Shown here piece after piece: positions 13,325-24,885 of a DNA stretch of 64,000 nt. Source of the stretch: Podarcis pityusensis (taxonomy: Eukaryota); assembly GCA_964106645.2 (NCBI GenBank), contig OZ067047.1; one strand, written 5' to 3'. Numbering within the stretch: the stretch's first letter is position 1; each line of letters begins with the position of its first letter. The notes below the pieces were generated by a model. It did no database searches. It was given only the letters and a program-made list of their open reading frames with translations, and was not told where the DNA came from. Position numbers and translations under genes: made by a program.

Positions 13325-13998
13325 GTATTCTAATTTGGAATAATCTGCTCATTCCAGGGGTTAGTGGCTCAAAATTAAGAGCCAGGGTAGACATTACATA
13401 CAGGAAAAAATAAAAACAATACTCATAAATCCCAGATTGGAATCCATTAGCAATTCATTTCAAATTGGTTACACGAACCATCTGAAAGTAACCCAAAGCA
13501 AAATGGTGAGTGATTCAGATAAAACCAGAAAATATCAGGGATCGTGAAGGAAAAGAAACTAAGAGAACTTGCTCTGTCAACCCACTATGCGTACCTATTA
13601 AGCCCTCTATGGATTAGTTTAATATGGTTTGAACATCTTTTCATTGAACAAAAATATTCCACAACAACCCAAATCTAGAACTTGCTACAGGGACAGAAGC
13701 TCCATAAAACAGCAAATGTTTAAGAACAAGTGAACAAAGCTGTTAATTTACTGCTGAGAGACTTGGAAGGTCCTTTCCTGTGACCCCTGTTTCAGGGGGT
13801 GAGAGAACTTATGCAGAGTACCTGATAGCTGCAATCCACACACAGCACAACATTAATATCAGCCAACATTAATATCTCATGCATCCAGATGACTGATGAG
13901 ACTATTATGTGACTAGCACAAATAACACAGGTTTTTGTTATAAGCTTGCTTGCATCACTGCAGGAGTGTCTCCAGACAAAATGTTTCTGCCTTTCTAG

Positions 13999-14124
13999 GA
14001 ATGCTCTGAGCACTTTTGGGAATGCGCTAAGGAGGAAAATGGGAAGCTGCCATACAGCGGTTGGGTCGGCACCAACACCTCCTTCCACTCCAGTCTGAAA
14101 GGAAGACGGAGGAGACATTTTGAG
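13999..14124 (+). CDS. AGBL3: Putative AGBL3 tail exon (ECSEHFWECAKEENGK...RRRRHFE)
   Basis: ctttctag acceptor, gag|gtaagc donor, open, phase 0-0. Confidence 0.62.
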
Positions 14125-14431
14125 GTAAGCAGAAATGGTGTTGCATGGAATGACCCATTACTGACTCTGCAGTTGCAAATTACGGCTAGCAAATTGTCAT
14201 GCAGAGTCCTTATAATGCTTGCTTGCTCTCTCAACCTTATTTCCATATTTGCATTACAGCAATATTTGCTTTGCTCAGTTTATATTTTGAAGAGCTGTTC
14301 CCAGTTGTGTGCTTAATATTAGGAGCCTTGATGGATCATTAGCCTGATGCTGCAAAGGAACTCCTCGTATCTATAGAGCAGTGATCTAGAAAGGGCTGGA
14401 GCTATTTTATTAGGAAACCTCTACTTTAGGA

Positions 14432-14566
14432 AAGTGATGGCTAACCTGTGGCTCTCAGTATATTGTTGGACTCCACCTTCATAAATCCTAGTCAGTGTGG
14501 CCAGTAGTGAGGGATGATGGGAGTTGTAGTCCAGCAATATCTGGAGGCCAAAGGTTAGCAACCCTG
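14432..14566. mobile_element. Short palindromic hAT-derived MITE (related degenerate copies near 47890-47990, 49165-49250, 58772-58876, 59254-59390)
   Basis: Internal symmetry TTGTTGGACT...GGGATGATGGGAGTTGTAGTCCAGCAA shared among the copies. Confidence 0.6.
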
Positions 14567-15731
14567 GTTTAGTCAAAACAGATGCATGAGTAAATTTTGC
14601 TCTTGGACTATGATATTATTCAGTAAGACTGTATGGTATAATGTTACCATTTTGACTTGTTAATGGTGGCTGGCTAAAAATAAAAACAAATGCATTCAAT
14701 AGGGTTTTCACATCATTATCTGACCACACATTCTATGTGGATATTGCTTAGAAACATTGACTGTGTCAGGGAATGTCAGCTATATGGGGAATGTCTTTTC
14801 TGTAAGCTCCAGCCATTCAGTAAGCCAGAGTTGACCACATTCCTGCCAGTGTCACAGTGTATACACCTTAAAGGTGGATTATACAAATACTCTGAACTCT
14901 TTCCTCCCCCCCTTCTGTTTCTTAAAAGGGTGCTGCTTTCCTTTTTGATATTGCAATTGCATTTGGACAGAGGCAGGAAGGCACACATTTCAGGTTAGGA
15001 CATAGTCTCAGGTGTTTCCGCTTGCCTCCCTTTCCTATGCTGTGCTGCTGTTTGCTTCCCAGACCAAAGCCAAACTACATCAGAGACACTAAGCAGAGGT
15101 TACACTAGAATGGTACTATCCCATACTTCACTGCTATGATGTTTACGTGGCGTCCATTTTGAACATTTCCTCCTGCGCTTTGAAACTCCAGCTAACAGTT
15201 TGCCAAGAAAATGGTTAGCAATCAAATATTATACAGCTTTTTTAGCTGGAGTGATAGTTTCTAAAGAAGAGGAAAGCTTTCTTAGTAAGTAAAAAGGCAG
15301 GGTACATTTTTTAAAAAAAATAAGTAATTACATCCAAGGGATGATAAAATAAGCCTTAAAGGCTGAAGAACTACTTTAGACATTGCATACACCAAAATCT
15401 CGCAAGCACACAGATCCTATACTTTTGGGGTATAAAGGCTAATTTGTTCATTTGGGGCAAGGATATGCTTGCATAACAAAACTTCCCCACCCACCCTATC
15501 TTGTGTGTCCTGCATTATCCTCAATTCTGCTCCAGAGGATTGGGGGAAACCTCAGCACAGGGGGAGGAGAGGGACGGAAGTGCCACAGCACAAGCTTATG
15601 CTGACAGAACAAGTTAATTAGTGCTGCATTGGATATAACTCTACAGTTCAGTGCTTCTTTACAACAAACTAATTTCAGGCTTCGGGTGGGAAGTTTAATA
15701 ATAATGCATTTGCCTCCTTTTACTCTTGCAG

Positions 15732-15825
15732 TCAAAAGCCTTAGCAGGGATTCATAAACTCCTCAGAGAAACTAACTCAATTGTAGAAGGTAAACTTCAT
15801 GAAATGTCGTTTGATTCTCAAACAG
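15732..15825 (+). CDS. AGBL3: Putative AGBL3 tail exon (SKALAGIHKLLRETNSIVEGK...DSQT)
   Basis: tcttgcag acceptor, cag|gtaaga donor; its phase-1 end is needed to join exon 21645. Confidence 0.68.
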
Positions 15826-16624
15826 GTAAGAGATAACATGGGCAAAACAGTTCTATGAACATGTGAGCCTTTTCGTTTGAAAAATTAATATAGGTATTTA
15901 CAAAGTTGTAAGAAAAGAATTAATTTGTTTTAGCCATAGTCATCATCAGTGCAGATACAGCATCATGCCATTAAAGCAATCCATGAAAGGGAAAGAGGAA
16001 TTCATGCACTGAGTATCTGTGAGGCCATGGCATGCTTCTAGAACATTGCATCTACACTGGACAATAGAATGGTGGCATGCAGATAGCAGCCTCTGCTTTT
16101 TGTTCCCTATTCAGTCCAATGTACAGAACAATTACAGCAAAAGAACTGGGATTTAATAGCAACTAACATTGCATTTCTCATATCTTTTATGGGGAGCTCT
16201 TCTCACACTATATGAAAAGCATTTTCTCCCATTTGATTTGATTTGATTTTCTCCCAGTTTTCTAGAAATTGGAGTGTGCTTTATATTCCCTAAATATTTA
16301 GAATACTCTAACTGGATACTTTCTAAACTTCCAATTCTATGTGTTAGCATGAAATTAGAAGCACAGAAAGCATTTGGGGGTAGGGGAAGGTACCATGTTG
16401 CAGAAGATTTGCACATCCTTGGATTGTGCTGTTCCTTCACCTCCCCTCCTTCCCTTTAATTCCTCCAGCCTTCCAAATGGTCTGCTGGGAAATAAGCATA
16501 CTGCACATAGGTGTATGGGAGATACTGGGTGCTCTGAATCAGTACATGAATGATCTCAGAAACTCTAGGTTGCCATGCCCTAAGCTTTACAGCTTGGTTT
16601 ATCCTGTTATCTGATACATGTTTA

Positions 16625-17000
16625 TGTTGGCTTTTTGCAGTTTAGTAGCGCTGCAGAGAGCTTGCTGGGGAGACCATGCATTAAAAAGGGACTCAAAAAT
16701 AACAAACAAGGTTTTAATAAGAAAAACAAAAACTCCTTATACACTAAATACATCAACAACAAACCAGACCCAACCACCAACCCATCCCCCAGGGTAATGG
16801 GAGAGCTAGGTGCTGCTCCTTATATACTACACCCAATTGCCAACACAGCTTAATCAATACAACTCAGCAGCACCTGCTATGTTTCACAGCTGCAAGACTG
16901 GGTCTTGTTATCTTGCTCTGACCCTTGCTCTGGTCCCTTAAAGACATACACATCGGGTGGAACAATGATGAACCTTTACATATAAAGAAACCATTCAACA
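16625..17000 (-). repeat. 3' LTR of the copia element (376 bp)
   Basis: Direct repeat of 20551-20927; preceded on the minus strand by purine tract GCAGGGGAAA (17001-17010). Confidence 0.96.
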
Positions 17001-17016
17001 TTTCCCCTGCGGTTCA

Positions 17017-17600
17017 TCATTGTGGAACAAAAACATAAAGCATACTTTGTACATGTTTTTCATGTGTAACCTTTGGAAGTGCTTTTGTAAAAATGTCCGC
17101 AATTTGATTATCACCTGGAACATATTCAAATACAATCATTTCATCAGCAATTAGTTTCTTTACAAACTGCAAACGTAACCTTAAGACTCTAGTGCGCTGC
17201 GTATTGGTCTCTGAACACAGGATAGCAAGTCCGCTCTGGGAATCAAGGTAAACTTTTACTGGTAGTGTTACTTGCATCTGTAGCTCTGCAAATACTTGCA
17301 GATACCATTCCACATCACGAGTGGCCTGAACGCATGCACATAATTCACTCTCTGTTGTGGAGAGACAAATAATGGTTTGTGTCTGGGACTTCCATTCAAA
17401 AGGACAACCGTTATAACAAAACACCATACCAGACACACCCCTGCAATTATTTTGTTCCACTGCATGAGGTGCATCGCAGAAAATTTCAAAACCTTTATCA
17501 ATACTGGATGTAAACTGCAACCTATAATGTTTGGTATGTTTAAGGTACATTACCACTCTCTTAAGAGCAGAAAAACATTGCATAGTGGGCTTTTCCACAT
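17017..17600 (-). pseudogene. copia pol C-terminus: RT end and RNase H
   Basis: VEKPT...ALKRVVMYLKHT, IFCDA, STTESEL, YLDSQS, NQIADIFTKAL. Confidence 0.9.
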
Positions 17601-18520
17601 TGTGATGCATCTTTTAACAAAAACTTAACTGTTTCATATTTTACACTTGGTGAATAACAAATCATAATCTTCACCTGGAATTTGTTGAAAACCCCTAGCA
17701 ACTAATCTAGCCTTGTACCTTACAACTTCATTTTTGTCATTAATTTTAACTCTATAAACCCATTTTGAATCAATAAGTCTCATATCTGGGGTTTGTGGTA
17801 CAAGAGACCAAGTGTTATGCTCTTTTAAAGAAGCTATTTCAGAGTTCATAGCTTTATACCAATTTGCAGCTTGGTGCTTAGGTAAATTCCGAATATCATT
17901 GTAGCTTTTTGGCTCAAAAACTGCCTTATTGGCATACACAGTATTAAAATGTTCATCTGCAAAACGTTGTGGCTTCTGCCTCTTTCTATCTGAACGTCTT
18001 AGTCTGGAAGGAGAGTCAGGCTCCTCAGACTTAATGGGACTATGTAAACTACTAGTTTCAGGTTGTAAATCATCATTGTCAGACTGAAGAGATGCCTGTG
18101 GGCTAAGCTCACGGTCAGAAAACTCAAGAGAATCTAACCTCCCCTCGGGTGCCTGTGACTTTAAATCATCAAACAAATTATCAGATTCAACAGGCTTTTT
18201 GTCTTCTTCCATTAATTCAGAAGCACCATTTCCTGCTGCTGCTGCTGCTTCTACCTCTTCTTCCTCAGTATTATCTATACCATTACTATCTTGGAAAACA
18301 GCAACACCGTTCCAATTTACAGTTTGTATCATGCTTCTGGTAATATGAAATTTGCCAGTTGCTGGTATGTAAATTCTGTACGCCCCCTGCTGGTAGCCCA
18401 TTAATTTTCCCTGGACACTACGTTCACCCAATTTCTGCTTAGCGGGATTATGCATAATTACATCTGAACCCCAAATGCGTAGGTATTTCAGATTAGGGCG
18501 TTTTTTAAACAACTTCTCAT
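17601..18520 (-). pseudogene. copia pol middle: integrase C-terminus, linker, RT N-terminus (frameshifted, truncated)
   Basis: RPNLKYLRIWGS, EPKSY, WYKAMNSEIASLKEHNTWSLV, SKWVYRVK, YKARLVARGFQQIPGEDY; a shifted frame then reads YSPSVKYETVKFLL. Confidence 0.9.
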
Positions 18521-20434
18521 AGGGGTGACATCTAAACCAGAATGATAACTGCGATTTCTAACATAACAAAAGGCATGGAGCGCTTCAGCCCAAAAGACTT
18601 TGGGCAGATTACCATTGTGCAGATAAGTTTTAACCCCTGCCTGCAGGTCACGCTGCACAACTTCAACAAGCCCATTTTGCCAGGGACTTCGGGGGCAAGA
18701 TAACTCATGAGTAGTCCCCTGCACTTCCAGGAATTTCTCAAAATCCTCAGAAACAAATTCCCCGCCCCGGTCAGAAAACAGGTTCTTAATAGGTTTGTTA
18801 AAGTGCGTTTTTACCCAGTTGCAAAAAGCTTTGTACTTCTCAAATGCTTGTGACTTTTCAGCTATTGCATAAGTCCAACAATATCTACTATACTGGTCTA
18901 TGAGAGTAAGCCAGTACTTAGAACCTCCTAATGATGGTGGGAGTGGCCCAACTAAGTCACAATGTACACGCGCAAATGGCTCAGTTACTTTCCTATCTGA
19001 GCACCTACCCTTGCATGCAACCTTAATCTTATTCTTGCAACAAGATAGACATTGCATAAAGAATTTGCATGGTTTTAAGTTGAAGCCATTAACAATATTC
19101 TTTGTCTTAATTACATCAGCAAAATTCAGGTGTCCTAAAAGTCTGTGTGCCTCATGGACACACCCGGAATGTGGCCTAACATTCCTCAACCCCTGGCTTG
19201 ACTGTGCTGCTCTGCAATTTATAGGCGATTGGGAGTAGGTGCGAAAATACAGTCTATATAAACCATCAGATTCCCGGGCATACAATAAACGTTTGTTCCC
19301 ATCGAAAAACTCACACATTGACTTTAAGAAACGCACAGTTATGCCTTGACGAGCAAAGCACCTTACTGACAATAAATTGTCCACTGACGGGCAATAAATG
19401 CAGTTCGCTATTGTAATGTTTAAAGAGTCAAGTTTAACAGTACCCCTGCCAAGCGACTGCAGGACTTGTGAATTGGCTAAATGTACATTACCAATTTCCT
19501 CTTCGAAAGAAATAAACAAGCTTCGATCATTGCAAACGTGCTGGGATGCACCTGAGTCCACAATAAAAGAATTCCACTTGGCACCTTTAATTCTTTTACG
19601 ATCTGTTGTCCAAGCATGAAAAGCTCGCGGCTCGTTTCTGTCTTTACGGTATGATGTCGGCTGCTGGGCTGACGACCGTGACTGACGAACAGAAACAGAC
19701 TTGGGAGTACTTTGCTTTCTTTTGGATCTGCAGTCCTTTGCAAAATGTCCTTGCTTATTGCAGAACCAACAACGCTTTGCAGCTTTAAATGCAATTTCAT
19801 CACCACAAGTTTGCATATGGTGTTCCTCATTCTTTTTGGAAATAGGAGTGCTTATGGCACAAGCCTCCCTTCTGTCCAACTCGCCCATTAATCTTGCCGT
19901 TACCCCTTCCACAGTTAACTGTGCTGGTGGAACGGCAGATATCTGGCTAGCTATACCATCAGAGTCCTCGTTAAGGGAACAAAGAATGATAAAAACATAC
20001 TGAATATCAGGTATCTCCATGTCCCTTCGAATTAATTCGCAGCGTATTGCCTCCAGACGTCTCAAGTGTGCTGCCAAATCACCACCAGGCTGCAACTTCG
20101 TCTGGTACAGCTGCTTGAAAAACGTCAATGCAGACGCTGACTCTTTTCTAATATGCACTGCTGCAAGACTGTCCCACATTTCTTTGGCAGTTTTCTTATT
20201 CCTTATATAAACTACTTGCTGGTCGCTGACTGCCAAATTAATTATCGCCCTGGCTTTTGCATCTCTGTTTGACCAAGCATTAGTTACAGGGTCAGGAGGG
20301 TCATCAGTTACATAGGTCCATACTTCTCTAGAGGTCAAAAGCGCCTCCACCTGAAAAGACCATAAACTATAGTTCTCATCTGTTAGCTGTGGGAAGACCA
20401 GAGCCTTCTCAGCTTTTGGAACCCGGTCAACCAT
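18521..20434 (-). pseudogene. copia gag-protease-integrase
   Basis: ATG at 20434; CCHC knuckle CWFCNKQGHFAKDC, protease IVDSGASQH, HRLLGH/CLSC, integrase core HCDLVGP/SDRGGEF/QNGLVE; 1-nt frameshift near 18521. Confidence 0.93.
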
Positions 20435-20530
20435 TCTGGAACTCTTCCAGACCCACAGAACTACACCAACAGGAGAAGGAGTTTTCAAACCTTTCTCAGA
20501 GTCCAAAAATATGCAGTCATCCACTCAGCA

Positions 20531-20545
20531 GCTGGGCCCATAACC
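20531..20545 (-). promoter_or_regulatory. Primer-binding site complementary to the internal (anticodon-arm) region of initiator tRNA-Met
   Basis: Minus strand GGTTATGGGCCCAGC, 5 nt from the 5' LTR; complementary to GCUGGGCCCAUAACC of tRNA-iMet. Confidence 0.9.
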
Positions 20546-20550
20546 AAAGA

Positions 20551-20927
20551 TGTTGGCTTTTTGCAATATGGTAGCGCTGCAGAGAGCTTGCTGGGGAGAC
20601 CATGCATTAAAAAGGGACTCAAAAATAACTTAAACAAGGTTTAATAAGAAAAACAAAAATTCCTTATACACTAAATACATCAACAACAAACCAGACCCAA
20701 CCACCAACCCATCCCCCAGGGTAATGGGAGAGCTAGGTGCTGCTCCTTATATACTACACCCAGTTGCCAACACAGCTTAATCAATACAACTCAGCAGCAC
20801 CTGCTATGTTTCACAGCTGCAAGACTGGGTCTTGTTATCTTGCTCTGGCCCTTGCTCTGGCCCCTTAAAGACATACACATCGGGTGGAACAATGATGAAC
20901 CTTTACATATAAAGAAACCATTCAACA
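20551..20927 (-). repeat. 5' LTR of the copia element (377 bp)
   Basis: Direct repeat of 16625-17000 with 7 substitutions and 2 small indels by eye. Confidence 0.96.
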
Positions 20928-21644
20928 GTTTATATGTACGTATCACCTTCTCAATCTACTTAATGCATTTGATAGTAGACTGATATGAAAAGTCAGCCAA
21001 CAAGAAAACAGAAGGATCTCATTCTTTCTCAGACAATCATTGGAGGAGGTTGTCTGTAGCATAGGATATTTCCAGATCATGTAGTACCATACCATTTATT
21101 CAATACGGCAGCAGGACAAAGACTTAGGCTCATGAAACAATGTTTTTCTTAAATGTTTCTTGGTTGTTAAATTTTAGTGAATATTACCAAACTGTATAAT
21201 TCTTTATAACAACATATAATGCTCTGGGAAAGCAACTAATATTTTTCATGTGTTTCCATATTTTCTAATCCTTTCTTGATAACCTATACATTTCCTAGGA
21301 CTTGTATACAGTGCTGATACAGTACTGAATATGTAGCAACATTTTCATTTGGCTGTTTGGTTCTTTGCCTCCCACCATTCCCCAGAGAATAGATTTCCTA
21401 GACATTCTTTGGAATGCCTTGTTTTTGTACTTTGCCCGTAAATAGGCATGCATGCATCTAAGGACATCTAAAGACATGTATCCAATTAAGTTGACTCTAG
21501 TCCACAAAAGCTCCTTCAGTAATATTTTGTTTAGCCTTTTAAGTTGTCACAAAACTCTTTCTCCCTTTTTTATAAAAGTTAAATGTGTATTCTTTCTGAG
21601 ATTCATTTTATGATCAATTCATGACAGTTGTGGCCATCTTTCAG

Positions 21645-21716
21645 ATTCTATGCCAGATGAACGAAATAAATATACAGTTCAGTACGTCAGTCATTACTTT
21701 CCTGAACAAGGATTAA
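21645..21716 (+). CDS. AGBL3: AGBL3 coding exon (DSMPDERNKYTVQYVSHYFPEQGL)
   Basis: tttcag acceptor, gtaagt donor; resembles recalled human DYMVDYFRRQLPNQGL. Confidence 0.8.
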   Translation: MLCQMNEINIQFSTSVITFLNKD

Positions 21717-22059
21717 GTAAGTTACTCATATTTTTAATTCATATAATCTTGTGTCTAGACACAGGTTCTACTGTATGTGCAATTATAAGCAATACAATGA
21801 AAGCCATGTATTGCATAATGTAGAGATTTTACAGCCTGATCCTATGCATGTTCACTCACAGTTTCCACTAAGTTCAATAGGGCTTGCTTTCAGGGTAGAG
21901 TGCATTGGAAGACAGTTTTAGAGCATAGAGAATGAGCTAATGGAGATGTACACCAGAAGCATAAATTCATGCAAGCAAGAATAAACTCAAAAAAATTATA
22001 TTTTGTCCTGCCCTTTAAAATAATACTCTGTGTCTGGTTCCGGCCTTTGTTTCCTACAG

Positions 22060-22236
22060 ATATTGGCTGGGACCTAGCCCAACCTTTGAAGCAGATCATT
22101 TCACAGAGACTTTTTCTGCCTCCTGCCATCCTTGAACAGATGTGCAACACACCAAGAAGACACCAAGGTGCACTCTCGGGTTGCAAACTTCCTAGGGTGG
22201 AAAATATGAGAAAAGAAGCAAAGATTCCACGAAGAA
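22060..22236 (+). CDS. AGBL3: Putative AGBL3 tail exon (IGWDLAQPLKQIISQRLF...KIPRR)
   Basis: ttcctacag acceptor, gtaagt donor, in ORF 21969-22283, phase 1-1. Confidence 0.72.
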
Positions 22237-22264
22237 GTAAGTCAACTGAGTACTTGGGGATATA

Positions 22265-22600
22265 CTGTGGTCTAAACCACTGAGCTTTTTGGGCTTGCCG
22301 ATCAGAAGGTTGGCAGTTCAAATCCTAAACAGGGTGAGCTCCTGTTGCTCGGTCCCTGCTCCTGCCAACCTAGCAGTTCAAAAGCACGCTCCAGCGGGAA
22401 GGTAAATGGCGTTTCCGTGTGCTCTGGCTTCCGTCACAGTGTTCCGTTGTGCCAGAAGCGGTTTAGTCATGCTGGCCATATGACCCAGAAAGCTGTCTGT
22501 GGACAAATGTCGGCTCCCTCAGCCTGAAAGCGAGATGAGCGCCGCAACCCCATAGTCACCTTTGACTGGACTTAACCGTCCAGGGGTCCTTTACCTTTTT
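22265..22600 (+). mobile_element. Sauria SINE, 5'-truncated with an internal deletion
   Basis: CCTGCCAACCTAGCAGTTC core and GGGGTCCTTTACCTTT tail shared with the other copies. Confidence 0.88.
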
Positions 22601-22835
22601 TACTGCATGTAGTAGCACTACAGTTCTTTCTATGAAAGCCCATGGCACATTTTGGGGGGAGGTGCTGTGCATTTGGCTCCTCACACCACCCTGTTGGCCC
22701 TGTGCCACTGGGATCTGATCTGAATGATTTGCTGTGCGTAAGGAAACTTTACAGAGGGGGAAAGGTTATTTCATATAAAGGAAGCATTTCCTGAAACATT
22801 TTCAGTAGCATATTATTTTTCTTTTCTACTTACAG

Positions 22836-22866
22836 CCTCTCTCATACATGTGGAGAGTCATCCTAG
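22836..22866 (+). CDS. AGBL3: Putative 31-nt AGBL3 micro-exon (SLIHVESHP)
   Basis: Strong pyrimidine tract plus tacag, ag|gtagga donor; phase 1-2 bridges the neighbouring exons. Confidence 0.62.
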
Positions 22867-23071
22867 GTAGGAAAACTTATTATTTGTTATCAGCAATCTT
22901 CCATGTGGATTTCTCAGTCACATTCTTTATATCTTTATGATTTGGGTTTGGAAAGAGTGTAACATCCTTCTTGTTTTTAGATTTCTAAAAAACTATTATT
23001 CAGACGGGCCAACCAGCTCTTATTGATGTGCTTAATGCTTTTATTGGATGATGATGATGAAAAATTATATA

Positions 23072-23308
23072 CAGTGGTACCTTGGTTTTCTAACATCTCT
23101 GTTGACGAACATTTCGGTTTTCGAATGCCGTAAACCTGGAAGTAAATGCTTCAGTTTTCGAACACGCCTCGGAAGTCGAACATGCCACGCGGCTTCCGCT
23201 GAGTGCAAGATCCTGAGGCCTAGCTGTCGGCTGTTGAGTTTTCAAACGTTCCAGAACTCGAACCATATCTTCCGGAACAGATTACATTCAAAAACCGAGG
23301 TACCACTA
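23072..23308. mobile_element. Tc1/mariner (Tigger/pogo-like) MITE, family B
   Basis: TA-flanked TIR CAGTGGTACCTTGGTTTT...AAAACCGAGGTACCACTA; interior differs from family A. Confidence 0.85.
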
Positions 23309-23820
23309 TACCATCCTTTATCAAAATATCCCAGGGTGATGTACAACATTTAAAAAAGATTACAGAACATCAATGATAAAAGCATAATAAAAAAAAGTAT
23401 GACAGACAACCTAATAATAAAATAATCAATTTAAATGCTACCTTTTTGTGCATTCTTTCAAAAAAAAAATTGCACAAAACAGGGTGGAATGGATTTAAGA
23501 TGACTGAGTGCCAAAGGAACAGGTTTAGGTTAATCTGTCTATCCCTAATTAGAAGAGTTGAATGCAATGGCATTTTGAAATGCTTAACTTGGGATGGACT
23601 GTGCCCTGTGCCATGGCACCAGTGCGCTATGTCTTAAAATGACAAACTAAAGCTTAAACTAAGACACTGTATTTTATTTTTATTTGTGAATGCTAAATTG
23701 TATAGCAATTATTTATTAAACAAGCATTTACGGTATATATCATCTTGGATTTTATACTGCAATTGCTACTTCATTTGATGTATTTATTTTATTTTATTCT
23801 GTGGCCTTAATCTGTTTCAG

Positions 23821-24029
23821 CTCTCTGGTTCTCCAAGCAACTGGAGAAAATAACACTGAAAGGGGTTGTGTCACATTGCAGTTAGGAGAAAAAGAAGTAC
23901 AAAACATGGCCCTGGCTCAAGAAACACATTTTAATTCTTTACACAACAAAGCTACAACTTGGCGATTAGAGAAGTGTCGACCTGGAAGAGCCACTAGCTG
24001 CAGAGAGAAAACATCTTTACAAGCGAAAG
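23821..24029 (+). CDS. AGBL3: Putative AGBL3 tail exon (SLVLQATGENNTERG...SLQAK)
   Basis: gtttcag acceptor, aag|gtttct donor; in ORF 23801-24097; phase 2-1. Confidence 0.65.
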
Positions 24030-24078
24030 GTTTCTTTCCCCCCTTCGTCATTGAAATTATTAGCAAAAGACTCAAGTA

Positions 24079-24296
24079 CAGTGGTACCTTGGGTTAAGAA
24101 CTTAATTCATTCTGGAGGTCCGTGCTTAACCTGAAACTGTTCTTAACCTGAGGTGCCACTTTAACTAATGGGGCCTCCCTCTGCCGCCGCAGCACAATTT
24201 CTGTTCTCATCCTGAAGCAAAGTTCTTAACCCGAGATACTATTTCTGGGTTAGCGGAGTCTGTAACCTGAAGCATCTGTAACCCGAGGTACCACTG
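24079..24296. mobile_element. Tc1/mariner MITE, family A (opposite orientation)
   Basis: TA-flanked CAGTGGTACC...GGTACCACTG; reverse complement of the 11782 body. Confidence 0.9.
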
Positions 24297-24493
24297 TACA
24301 CTAGTATAGATGGTGCAGCATGTCATCAAAATTCCCATAATGGTCCCCTGTTCTACTCCTCTGCTATATTTATTTCTATATCTCCTCTAATGTATTAATG
24401 AATGTTGGGGCTAAGCCCTGAGAGTTGTAACTCAAATTGATCTCTGGAACAAGTAATAATTTACAGGAGTTTTTTGTTTGTTTTTGATCCCAG

Positions 24494-24749
24494 ATCTTCT
24501 TGACAACCTGAAACACAATTTAGATGACAAAGAAAGGAAAATAAAGGAGAAATCACCAGCAAGCAATGTTAAACTTGACAGAAACAATGGAGGAAACCAT
24601 GAAGGATGTTTTAGACTCAGTGAGCCCTCTCATACACAAGATTTTCTACAACTCTCCTTACCTTTGGTGTCAGAAGGAAAGTATAGGCAAGTCACTGAAA
24701 AATACCAGAGGAATGAACAGCAACCTAAGTTGTCCTTAGGTCGGCCCCG
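24494..24749 (+). CDS. AGBL3: AGBL3 penultimate coding exon (DLLDNLKHNLDDKERKIKE...HTQDFLQLSLPLV...GRP)
   Basis: tcccag acceptor, cg|gtaagt donor; resembles recalled human DLHHNLKSKIKE...TQEILQYLLPIV. Confidence 0.8.
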
Positions 24750-24885
24750 GTAAGTGGACAAGACTGCCTGTTTCATGCAACATTCAGTGCGTCTGCTCTG
24801 ACAAGATGCTTTAGCATTAAACTGTATTGTAGCTTGTAGTCCCTGAAGACAGAATGCTATGTGAAGGAAGAATCTGATGCCAATA

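Larger units (their letters stand above)
16625..20927 (-). mobile_element. Ty1/copia LTR retrotransposon, internally deleted, antisense in an AGBL3 intron
   Basis: LTRs 16625-17000 and 20551-20927 (TG...CA), perfect TSD GTTTA (16620-16624, 20928-20932), PBS, PPT, domain order gag-PR-IN-RT-RNaseH. Confidence 0.97.

Noticed and set aside
18515-18525. Programmed frameshift between the copia ORFs
   Set aside because: It falls inside the conserved TPYE motif at the end of the integrase core; a 1-nt deletion explains it.
16625-20927. Endogenous retrovirus or gypsy interpretation
   Set aside because: Integrase precedes RT, motifs are copia-type and there is no env.
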